Shown here in pieces: positions 28,201 to 35,172 of a DNA stretch of 64,000 nucleotides; within the stretch, counting starts at the first letter, position 1, and every line of letters starts with the position of its first letter. A program made the translations under genes and the position numbers. The stretch is from positions 74,205-138,204 of the forward strand of contig JANRKS010000021.1 of assembly GCA_033763315.1 (NCBI GenBank), given 5' to 3'. The notes beneath the pieces were generated by a model. The model saw only the letters and a list, made by a program, of their open reading frames with translations. It did no database searches and had not been told where the DNA came from. Origin of the DNA: Deltaproteobacteria bacterium. Its GTDB lineage: Bacteria > Myxococcota_A > Polyangia > Fen-1088.

Positions 28201-28962
28201 GCCTTGAGGCGGATGTTGCGGGAAAGCCGCACCCAAGCGCGGCGCGTTCTGCTCGCCGTGGAGGGCGTGTACAGCATGGATGGCGACCTGGCACCGCTTG
28301 ACAAGCTCATCGAGCTCAAGCGTCAGTACGGCTGTCTGCTGCTCGTGGACGAGGCCCATTCATTGGGCGTCATCGGACCAACCGGCGCCGGCGTTGGAGA
28401 GCACTTCGGCGTCAATCGCGGCGACGTAGATCTGTGGATGGGCACGCTCTCGAAGTCGCTCGCCAGTTGCGGTGGTTACGTCGCTGGCGTGCGGCACCTC
28501 ATCGAATACCTGCGTTACAGCTTGCCGGGCTTCATCTACAGCGTTGGCATATCACCGGCCAACGCGGCCGCCGCATTGGCGGCACTCGATCTGATGGAAA
28601 GGCAGCCTGAAACGGTGGCGCGCCTGCAAGAGCGCTGCCGATACTTCCTGACTCTTTGCGAAGGCTTAGGCATTAACACCGGCCCCTCGCGAGGGTCAGC
28701 GATCGTGCCTTGCATCGTGGGCAATTCCGCCCTCTGCATGCAACTTTCGCAGGCTCTCCTCGCGCGTGGCATCAACGTGCAGCCCATCGTGTACCCGGCC
28801 GTGGAAGAGGATCAAGCGCGTCTTCGCTTCTTCATCTGTGCCACCCACACCGAAGAACAGCTCCGGCAAACCGCCAGCGCGTTGGCGCAAGAGTTGTTTC
28901 GGTTGCAGCCGCCTCACATGATCGATGCGATTGACCGCCACACCGTGGCCAACGGAGGATAG
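22267..28962 (+). CDS. Type I PKS KS-AT-ACP-KR-DH fused to a C-terminal alpha-oxoamine synthase (SPT/AONS-like PLP) domain
   Basis: KS: DAACSS (Cys ~22879), EAHGTAT, KANIGH. AT: GHSLG (~24262) and HAFHS (malonyl type). ACP: LGFDSL (~25459). KR: GATGSIG (~26200), YAFAN. DH: HVIAARPVLP (~26944), LDGVLQ. AOS: NFSSYNYLG, VEGVYSMDGD, DEAH (~28348), GTLSK (~28453). No ER or TE. Confidence 0.92.
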   Translation: MSRLPSPIAIVGMGCRFPGSPNIPAYWRTIRDGKVWLAPVPRSRWNHDLFYSRDRGFRDANKTYVDRVSLIDGPELFAPEAFGIAPKRARIMDPQQRLFLDVVRAALEDAGYAKRELKRDRVGTFVGACVSDFMDLVTVRMRATLLAGGEFGAPLQGDEIHNELTKNVVPLAAHTVVGSLLNMVAANVNQAYDFGGPAFSTDAACSSALVALHEAMLHLRHGTCDTAIVGGVYMVLSPDNVLGFSRIGAVSEANICRPFDQRADGFVVGEGIGAVVCKRLETALADKDRIYAVIPGMGMNNDGRGDGPMTPRKEGQLAVLERAHQDSGIAPSRVEVVEAHGTATPVGDATEVAALAEFRGDTSGRPCALSSAKANIGHSMSAAGIAGLIRATLAVHHATIPMHASYEQPRADLRLHERGLYIPNRSIPWQRQDALPRTVGVSSFGFGGTNCHVIVQEPSTSSASTTRVFMSHSIESPPPRPELFLLSAPTADLLCETAVDLLEAFVEQNDVSLAGIAASLASRTASPHRAAFIASSHQQFIAALRWLAAPSSEEPSHIHLNREPVGSDVPKLAMLFPGQGAQKPDMARPLYERFGVFREALDALTADCAIDGRALLSYLYPTNGAREKARATLSRTEICQPLMASLGLASAAFFDALGVRAHAVAGHSLGEFAAAAAAGILPAHEAVQLVARRGALMASMALPDSGAMLALSTDAATAQRGVSQHDGWVVANINHARQTVIAGPRASCEAVATHFRELSIKAVALDVSHAFHSPLMDGITQPFTCLVKQLPLGPAKIPFVSAVEPSLSPLAPEQLRAAWTRHATAPVDFIETVRSLHEQGCRVFLQVTGGHSLLNMARHTLAHTDPSCSYLAITQDEGDDGTTCLQTLARLFTLGFSVDARGLEDPAADRTAVSLPPSRLQTRALWPVKRETVAATPHTVSMPNNDTTPMMQPKPQEPAAGGMATESPATRLRALFAQQMALMDAHVEIIRKQNELLAQAAQSPAAELAPLRPAAPATSAPPVVQAAAVAASVFEQLRGVVSRIAVTPIEGLHSRTRLGADLGFDSLMITELSAALTEAFNGLTLPRRLFETDLTLGTLEKEIRDRVQAPEPATKVAQEIRLFEPKWVARPLRRNASTPSENGAVVLLSAGDDWAPALAKALEQRGRTVRATSSVQDPSLLSAHVIDLRLLSIHGTNDAVNLLQSLRQVAQRRPSTWHVLAHTQNAAPVGGFLRSLSHEAYGAQLGSVALDDDVTPSPEFIEALVQTLLSGKFDEEVRFTVAGGLGPLSTQFHAHALPSTFPSAAGVLLISGATGSIGGKLARHYACSQASLALLGRKPADAPDVSTWLAELRSLGAKVHYASCDITDASAVNKAVLDARAALGPITACLHAAGETDDHPVHAPFTDATAAVVATKVDGAENLWNALQNQPLITFVALGSWAARFGNRHQTTYAFANALLASVMSRFESTRPQVRCCVLELPAWRGTGMVTKLPVAARVQLESQVETLADSEGVNVIAAALSGALASGTYVVARRLPPIEETFGWTQTLAPDAPGYLSSHVIAARPVLPLAGAIDLMLPALAHQGIKLPLALRDVEVVQGVVLEGDSATVLTRVRNGEAGTIVETIRLDDRNQIGFRATLSVIDDLQPVQLGDLREATFGVEHFYQHATFHGPALRPLLQVRGVSQHAISALCEASSVEGGTTLVSGLDGVLQVFAFWSAHTLGRAGLPLAIDAIHILRQPVAHEVLYIEATVATNEDGTMRGDADVRDEHNQLVFRLRGFKGEPRDLTRLAAGRSLASARVLPERETVFDAPLEHTSVQHFPEVQELARRITAAKTAGMQIPYFRAHDGINGATASLHGRSLLNFSSYNYLGFSGHPEVTRAAQRAIEKFGSSVSASRIASGERPLHQQLERALAKLLGSDDALVMVGGHATNVSIIGHLLGPADLVIHDSLAHDSILGGARLSGARRRPFPHNNVDALRRMLRESRTQARRVLLAVEGVYSMDGDLAPLDKLIELKRQYGCLLLVDEAHSLGVIGPTGAGVGEHFGVNRGDVDLWMGTLSKSLASCGGYVAGVRHLIEYLRYSLPGFIYSVGISPANAAAALAALDLMERQPETVARLQERCRYFLTLCEGLGINTGPSRGSAIVPCIVGNSALCMQLSQALLARGINVQPIVYPAVEEDQARLRFFICATHTEEQLRQTASALAQELFRLQPPHMIDAIDRHTVANGG

Positions 28963-28964
28963 CG

Positions 28965-29852
28965 ATGCCACTATTTGCACGCTCAGACGGAGAGTTGGTG
29001 CACACCGAAACACCCGTACGAAGCATTTTGCCGTACGTGATGCGGGGCCGAAACGAAAGCGCGATCTATCATCAGGAAACGTACGACATCACGCGCACAC
29101 GTTCGTGGCTGCGTCAGTTCAATCGGGCCCGCGGTAACAAGCTGCCAGCCAGCTTGTTTCATCTGTTCTTATTTGCATGCGCCCAGGGCCTACACCGCCG
29201 CCCCGAACTAAACCGGTTTGTCTCAGGCGGTCGCCTCTACCGACGCAAAGGTGTTTTTATTTCGTTCGCGGCCAAGAAGGCGTTCAAAGACGACGCGCCC
29301 TTGGTGACCATCAAGCTGTCGTTTCCAGAGATTGAATCATTCGAGCACGCGGTCGATCGCATAAACGAAGCGATTATGCAGGGCCGTGGCGACCGGAGCA
29401 CCACCGTGGATAAAGAGCTGGCTTTGGCGATGGCGCTGCCACGTTGGTTGCTGCGCGCGGTGATGGCGCTGCTGCGGTGGCTCGATGGTATGAATCTTAA
29501 GCCGCGCTTCATGATTGAAAGTGATCCTCTCTACACAAGTTTGTTTGTGGCGAACCTGGGCTCCGTGGGGTTGGATCGTGTGTTCCATCACCTTTACGAA
29601 GACGGCACGGCCAGCGTTTTTGGCGCGCTTGGCGTGCCACGCAAGGCAACCGCGTTAGATCGTCACGGACGCGTCCAGACGCACGACGAGGTTGAGGTGA
29701 GGTGGACGCTCGACGAACGAGTGGCCGACGCCTTCTATTGCGCAGCCAGCTTGAAGATCGCCAGGCGCATCATTGAGGATCCGGCGCGTCACTTCGGCGC
29801 GGAGAACATGACGCTTCCGGCTGTAGAAGAAGCGGCCCTGGTTTCAGGTTGA
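28965..29852 (+). CDS. Stand-alone 2-oxoacid-dehydrogenase E2 / CAT-fold acyltransferase-like protein
   Basis: RPELNRFVSG, FVANLGSVG and WTLDERVADAFY align to the E2 catalytic domain; no lipoyl domain; starts 2 nt after the PKS stop. Confidence 0.7.
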   Translation: MPLFARSDGELVHTETPVRSILPYVMRGRNESAIYHQETYDITRTRSWLRQFNRARGNKLPASLFHLFLFACAQGLHRRPELNRFVSGGRLYRRKGVFISFAAKKAFKDDAPLVTIKLSFPEIESFEHAVDRINEAIMQGRGDRSTTVDKELALAMALPRWLLRAVMALLRWLDGMNLKPRFMIESDPLYTSLFVANLGSVGLDRVFHHLYEDGTASVFGALGVPRKATALDRHGRVQTHDEVEVRWTLDERVADAFYCAASLKIARRIIEDPARHFGAENMTLPAVEEAALVSG

Positions 29853-29933
29853 GACGCAAGGCCTCACTGCGTTCGGGTGCGCGCGGTGCCCACATCGCAA
29901 CCACGCCAGCTTTGGCGTTAAACTCACTGCTTC

Positions 29934-31505
29934 ATGAAGGTGAACACGTTTCTCTCGTTAGGTATTTTCGCAAGCTTGTTCCTGATCGGCTGCACAAGCT
30001 CAGACGATAACAATGGCGTCATCGATGATCAGCAAGTGCTTCCTGATATGGCCGCGCCGCAAACAGTTCGGCTAGGCAAACGGTCGACCGTCGAGATCGA
30101 TATCCCTGCGAATGCCTTGCCCAGCCGCCAACCATTGACCGTCAACGTGCGGACAGATGTTGTTCGTAAGGGGGCCATTCCGGTTGGTCAATCCGTTGAG
30201 TTCTCGCCGGGGGGCCTAACCTTCACGTCGCCCGTGCGGGTGCGGCAGGCGTTGCCGGCCCCCTCCCCAATGCGTCGCTACGCCGCCTTCGCATCCAGCA
30301 CCACTACAGACGTTTGGGTTCGTCGCGGCCGTGGCCGCAAGCTAGGCCCCGGAGCGAGCCCGCAAACGGAAGTGTGGGAAGTGGAAGCTGACACAACAGG
30401 CTTGTGGGCCTTCGTTGAAGAAGCCGATGAAGTGACAGTGGTGGATGCAGGCGTTCCGGCCGACGCCGAAGCGCCTGTGGATGTCATGCCCTTGCCGGCT
30501 CCTGCTGCGCTCGTGACCGATGCGCCGGCGATCAATTTCGGCGACGTGGTTTTGGGCTCACAATCTCCGTCGCAAACGATCGTGGTGACGAACACGGGCG
30601 CCATGAATACGGGGGCCATCTCCGTATCTTTGACAGCTGATGTATCGGGCACGTTTGCCGTAAAAGCCGGCTCAACCTGCCAAGGCGCGGATCTCGCTGG
30701 CGCACAGACTTGCGCCATCCAGGTGTTCGCGCTGCCGGGTCAGGGTGTGCCGATCGGAGGGACCATGCTGATCATGTCTTCCTCCGGTGCGCAGGCGATG
30801 GTTACGTTGACTGTTAAAGGCGTAAAGCCTCCTTTGCTGGGGGCCAGCACCGCGAATCTCAGTTTTCTGCCGGCGCCCATCAATGCCACGGGCGAAAGCA
30901 AACTCGTGACCATCACGAACACGGGTGATCTGCCCACCGGTCCCATCGCCATTGAGCTCAAAGGCACCGACGCCACCAGTTTCTCCGTCACAGCCAACAC
31001 GTGCACGGGTGCCTTGATGGCAGGGAAAACCTGCATGGCGACGATCACCTTCACGCCAGCAAAAGTAGGCAACGCCGTCGCAAGCCTGGTTGCCAGCGGC
31101 AGCCCCGGCGGCGCCGCGGTGACGAACCTGGGCGGCACGGGACAAGCTTCCGATCAGGGCGCCAGACTCGTGTTCACGAACCCTGCGGCCGGAGGCAATC
31201 AAGTGAACTTCAACGAGTCAGCAACCAACACGTGTTCAGATCCTATCGTCTTCACCGTCACGAACCAGGGCGCCTACATAAGCGAAGCCATCACCTTTGC
31301 CTTCACGGGCGCGGATGCAGACGATTTCGTGGTGTTGCCCACAGGCGATGGCTGTTCAGGCAAGCGCCTGCCCGCCGCTAGCTCATGCATGACGACTTTC
31401 AACATCTGCGCCAACAATTTCGGGCTGCACTATGCAACAGTCACCGTGAGCGCGAAGGCTGCGGCCGCATCGTCTAGCCTCGATCTCTACGGCTATTCCT
31501 ATTAG
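29934..31505 (+). CDS. Lipoprotein with a ZU5-like domain and three Ig-like (choice-of-anchor D/ASH-type) domains
   Basis: Lipobox LFLIGC; IPANAL...VEFSPGGLTFTSPV (ZU5-like); three repeats of NFG/F...VTNTG...C...L...C. Confidence 0.65.
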   Translation: MKVNTFLSLGIFASLFLIGCTSSDDNNGVIDDQQVLPDMAAPQTVRLGKRSTVEIDIPANALPSRQPLTVNVRTDVVRKGAIPVGQSVEFSPGGLTFTSPVRVRQALPAPSPMRRYAAFASSTTTDVWVRRGRGRKLGPGASPQTEVWEVEADTTGLWAFVEEADEVTVVDAGVPADAEAPVDVMPLPAPAALVTDAPAINFGDVVLGSQSPSQTIVVTNTGAMNTGAISVSLTADVSGTFAVKAGSTCQGADLAGAQTCAIQVFALPGQGVPIGGTMLIMSSSGAQAMVTLTVKGVKPPLLGASTANLSFLPAPINATGESKLVTITNTGDLPTGPIAIELKGTDATSFSVTANTCTGALMAGKTCMATITFTPAKVGNAVASLVASGSPGGAAVTNLGGTGQASDQGARLVFTNPAAGGNQVNFNESATNTCSDPIVFTVTNQGAYISEAITFAFTGADADDFVVLPTGDGCSGKRLPAASSCMTTFNICANNFGLHYATVTVSAKAAAASSSLDLYGYSY

Positions 31506-31510
31506 CCACC

Positions 31511-31554
31511 AAAACAAACGGGGAGCCGACATCGCTGTCGCTCCCCGTGTTGTT
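31511..31554. terminator. Probable bidirectional intrinsic terminator between the lipoprotein gene and amtB
   Basis: Stem ACGGGGAG(C)CGACA / TGTCG-CTCCCCGT (31518-31548) with a TCGC loop; on the - strand it is followed by TTTGTTTT, on the + strand by GTTGTT; the flanking genes converge. Confidence 0.7.
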
Positions 31555-31597
31555 AGCCGCAGGTCTGCAACCTGCCTGCGTGAGCTAATGCTTTTCG

Positions 31598-33124
31598 TTA
31601 TTGCTCTTCGTGGTAGCCAGCTTCGCCGTGCTCCACCAAGTCCAACCCTTGGTCTTCGATCTCGCTGGTTGGGCGCAGGCCGATCACAGCCTTGATGATG
31701 TACGCCAACACCGCGGTGGCACCAACCGACCACACAATGGTGAGGCCCATCGCCTTGAGTTGTTCCATCCACAACGTCTTGCCAACAATGGCGGCGAGGT
31801 TTGTGCTGAGGTTCGCGTTGACGTCTGGCGTGGCGAAGATGCCGGTGAGGAAGGCGCCCAAGGTGCCGCCCACGCCGTGGATGCCGAAGGTGTCCAAAGC
31901 GTCGTCGTACTTAAGCCAGCCCTTGAGCTTGGTGCAAGCGAAGTAAGGCACAACCGCAGCCAACACGCCGATCGCCACCGCACCGGAAGGAGTCACGAAG
32001 CCCGCACCTGGCGTGATAACAACCAAGCCGGCCACGATACCCGAGCAGAAGCCCAGGACTGTGGGCTTGCCACGCGTCACCCACTCAATCAAAGGCCACA
32101 CGAAACCGGCAACCGCGGCCGCCAACGTGGTGGTGGTGAAAGCGTTCGCAGACACGCCGTCGGCAGCCACAGCGCTACCAGCGTTAAAGCCGTACCAGCC
32201 GACCCACAACATACCCGTACCAACCATGGTCAACACCATGCTGTGAGGAAGCATCGCGCGGGTGCCGAAGCCATTGCGCTTGCCCAAGATCAAGCACAAC
32301 ACAAGCGCCGACCAACCAGAGGTCATGTGCACAACCGTGCCGCCTGCAAAGTCGATCGCCTTGATGCCAGCAGATGCGTTCCATACGCCGTTCATCAAGC
32401 CGTCAGCGCCCCACACCATGTGAGCGAAGGGGAAGTAAACCACAACCATCCACAAGCCGATGAACAGCATGATGGCCGAGTACTTCATGCGTTCTGCGAT
32501 CGCGCCGACGATGAGGCCCGGCGTGATGATTGCGAACATCAGTTGGTACATCGAGAACACGTTTTGCGATACCCAGTAGGAGTAATCAGTGTTAGGCGCT
32601 GATGTGACGCCTGAAAGCATCGCCATCTTGAAGTCACCCACGATCGATGAACCGTGCGAGAAGGCCATGCTGTAGCCGAAGGCCCACCACAGAACGGCAA
32701 CGAGGGTCGCGCATCCCAGACATTGGGCAAGCACCGAAAGAATGTTCTTCTTGCGCACCAAGCCGCCGTAGAAGAGTGCCAAACCTGGCAAGGTCATGAA
32801 CAAGACCAAAGCCGCACACACCATCATCCAGCCGTTGTGGCCTGGACCCGAGCTGCCCGTCAGTGGCGCGCCCTTGGGAGCGCCGTTCGTGACATACGCT
32901 TCCAAGTCTGCAATTCGTTGCAACACCTCGGGAGGCACTTCCACGGTCGTTGCGGCTGGCGCAGCGGCGGGAGCAGGAGCGGCTGCAGGAGCGGGCTCGG
33001 CAGCGGCGGGAGCGGCGGGAGCTTCTTCAGCAAAAGCGTTAGAGGCGAGGCCAACAAACGCTGTAAGGGTCAGAAGTCCGATCCGAATTAAACTTGATGC
33101 GTGCGGTGGGTGGTTCGTTGTCAT
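31598..33124 (-). CDS. amtB: Ammonium transporter
   Basis: LFMTLPGLALFYGG, GAIAER, DFAGGTVVH, LWVGWYGFNAGS, DDALDTFGIHG; signal peptide and Ala/Pro linker at the N-terminus. Confidence 0.95.
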   Translation of the reverse strand: MTTNHPPHASSLIRIGLLTLTAFVGLASNAFAEEAPAAPAAAEPAPAAAPAPAAAPAATTVEVPPEVLQRIADLEAYVTNGAPKGAPLTGSSGPGHNGWMMVCAALVLFMTLPGLALFYGGLVRKKNILSVLAQCLGCATLVAVLWWAFGYSMAFSHGSSIVGDFKMAMLSGVTSAPNTDYSYWVSQNVFSMYQLMFAIITPGLIVGAIAERMKYSAIMLFIGLWMVVVYFPFAHMVWGADGLMNGVWNASAGIKAIDFAGGTVVHMTSGWSALVLCLILGKRNGFGTRAMLPHSMVLTMVGTGMLWVGWYGFNAGSAVAADGVSANAFTTTTLAAAVAGFVWPLIEWVTRGKPTVLGFCSGIVAGLVVITPGAGFVTPSGAVAIGVLAAVVPYFACTKLKGWLKYDDALDTFGIHGVGGTLGAFLTGIFATPDVNANLSTNLAAIVGKTLWMEQLKAMGLTIVWSVGATAVLAYIIKAVIGLRPTSEIEDQGLDLVEHGEAGYHEEQ

Positions 33125-33189
33125 ACCCAACACAAGTGCCTTGTCTGCGAACACTCTTCCAGCGCAAAGAAACAAGTCGCGAATGATTT

Positions 33190-33205
33190 AGCCCTCGCGA
33201 TACCA
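33190..33205 (-). promoter_or_regulatory. Candidate sigma54 (-24/-12) promoter for amtB
   Basis: The - strand reads TGGTATCGCGAGGGCT = GG-N10-GC, about 65 bp upstream of the amtB start; amtB is commonly NtrC/sigma54 controlled. Confidence 0.45.
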
Positions 33206-33443
33206 ACTAGAAATAAACCGGAAACTTAAGGCGCAATTTTTGGCCCAAAGCGCGTACTCTTGCGCAGGGCGGCCACAGTTCTTCAGCCAGGGAAGCGTCA
33301 TCCTCGCGCATTTACGCGCGCTTCGCGGCGACTTTCAAAGTCGACACAAAGGCCGAAACACACAGCATTTCTATTAACAATTCAGAAACAACAGCTTCTT
33401 TCGGGCGAAACACCGCAAGAGCGTTCGCCACCGAACGACGGCG

Positions 33444-34358
33444 CTAAACAGGGTTCTGCGACGGCGCCGGGGAGGGCGGCGTTTCGGGTGTTTCGGTGGC
33501 GACCGAGGACGATCGTGGCAACCAAATCGACCAAGCCGTCGCCGCGCCGGCCAAAACCAGGATGCTAGCCGCCAACGTCACTGTGCCAGCATTGAGCAGC
33601 TTCATCGAAGACGAGGTCAGCACCAACACGAGAATCGGTCGAATCACCCGATCGGGCGCTCGCGAGGAATAGCGAGCCGCAAGGAACACGCCCGGGATCG
33701 CACCGATCACGATCGACGTCATGAGTTGGAAATTAAACGAGCCAAACAACAAGTGTCCGATGGCTGCCGACGCCACCAACGGAATGGCTTGGATGAGATC
33801 CGTGCCCACGAGCTGCTTCATGTGAAGGCGCGGGTAAAGCAACAAAAGTAAGATCATCATCAGCGAACCAGAGCCCACCGATGTGATGCCCACAACCAAG
33901 CCCCCGGCGATCCCGATGAGAACTGTGGGAATCGGCCGAATGATCAAAGGCGCGTTGGGGTTGAGGCCGGCGCGCTTGCGCATCAAAAGCGGGCGAATCA
34001 CCAAGCCAACAGCCACAACCAACAGGGCCACACCCAAGGAAAACTTCACCGTCCCTTGCAGGTGCGCGCCCTCACCCAACCCGCGCAGCAACAAAACACC
34101 CAAGAACGCCGCGGGAACGGAGCCCATCACAAGCCAACGGACCAAGCGCCAATTGACCGTGCCCCGCTTCCAATGCACCCCGCCGCCCACAGGCTTCATC
34201 ACCAAAGAGGCCACGATGTCACTTGAAACTGCCGAGAGCGGATCGATGCCAAAACCCAAGACAAGAATGGGGGTCATCAAGGCCCCGCCGCCCATGCCGG
34301 TCAAGCCCACGACAATGCCCACGAGAAAGCCAGCAAGGATGATGGGGATGTTGAACAT
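33444..34358 (-). CDS. TauE/SafE-family sulfite exporter
   Basis: VGLTGMGGGALMTPIL, VGITSVGSGSL, LVGTDL; two repeated TM halves. Confidence 0.9.
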   Translation of the reverse strand: MFNIPIILAGFLVGIVVGLTGMGGGALMTPILVLGFGIDPLSAVSSDIVASLVMKPVGGGVHWKRGTVNWRLVRWLVMGSVPAAFLGVLLLRGLGEGAHLQGTVKFSLGVALLVVAVGLVIRPLLMRKRAGLNPNAPLIIRPIPTVLIGIAGGLVVGITSVGSGSLMMILLLLLYPRLHMKQLVGTDLIQAIPLVASAAIGHLLFGSFNFQLMTSIVIGAIPGVFLAARYSSRAPDRVIRPILVLVLTSSSMKLLNAGTVTLAASILVLAGAATAWSIWLPRSSSVATETPETPPSPAPSQNPV

Positions 34359-34413
34359 GGCGGAATCTAGGTCGGTTAAACGGAGGGCCGCCTAAACTAG
34401 CGCCGGTCGCGGC

Positions 34414-35172
34414 TTGTTGCCACTTTGGAACGCCGCGGCGACTGAATGCCCGGCCATCCTGCCGGCGGAAGCCTCGTACGTGACCACCGGGTCCCCCGAA
34501 TTTCGCTATAGATGGCGGTTGTTGCCAGAGCCTCTTTCACTTTTCGCCCCACTGTGGCGGTCGTTCACCAGCGCCCCAACCACAGCCACCGAAACGCCGG
34601 GGATCCGCGCCGACTGGCACAAAGGCCGCCCCCGCTACGCCGTTTGGGTGGTGCGCGTCAGTCACCCCGCCGTAAACGAACGCGTGGCCGCCCTGGGACA
34701 GGCCTTGAAGCCCTGGCTCATCCCGCAGCCCGATCTGCACGTGACATTGGGCATCGCGGGCTTTCCGCGCCGCCAGTGCGTGGAAGACGACGACGTTTCG
34801 GAGAACGTGCTGGCCGCCCAGGCGGACGCCGTGGCTGCGTGGGCGCGTGCCACTTTATTTCGCGTGCACGGCGCGTGCGCCTTCTTGGCGGCGCCTTTTC
34901 TGTGTGTAACGGACGACCATCACAGCCTGCGCGACCTGCGGGCGCTGCTTGATCCGCCAGGCCGTGCGTTGAGCATCGAAGCTTACGTGCCACACGTGAC
35001 TGTGGGGCGTTGGAATGGCGCTCACGCCACGGCCGCTGTGGCCCTGCGAATGGAGCCTTTTCGCAACGGCGACCCCATCGACGTGAAGGCCGATGCCGTG
35101 GAATTGGTGGACTACGACGCGGCCGATCCGCAGGCCCGGCTCGTCACGAAAGTGCGCGTTCCGATGCCTTAG
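34414..35172 (+). CDS. 2H phosphoesterase (2'-5' RNA ligase-like) family protein
   Basis: Two HxT motifs (LHVTL, PHVTV); true start uncertain, probably downstream of 34414. Confidence 0.7.
   Translation: MLPLWNAAATECPAILPAEASYVTTGSPEFRYRWRLLPEPLSLFAPLWRSFTSAPTTATETPGIRADWHKGRPRYAVWVVRVSHPAVNERVAALGQALKPWLIPQPDLHVTLGIAGFPRRQCVEDDDVSENVLAAQADAVAAWARATLFRVHGACAFLAAPFLCVTDDHHSLRDLRALLDPPGRALSIEAYVPHVTVGRWNGAHATAAVALRMEPFRNGDPIDVKADAVELVDYDAADPQARLVTKVRVPMP

Noticed and set aside
27700-28962. Calling the PLP domain bioF (biotin synthesis)
   Set aside because: It is fused to a PKS and no other bio genes are present; the substrate cannot be fixed from sequence alone.
28965-29852. Pyruvate/2-oxoglutarate dehydrogenase E2 subunit
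   Set aside because: No lipoyl or E3-binding domains, no E1 or E3 neighbours, and the catalytic His is absent.
31601-32602. 333-aa + strand ORF
   Set aside because: Antisense shadow of amtB.
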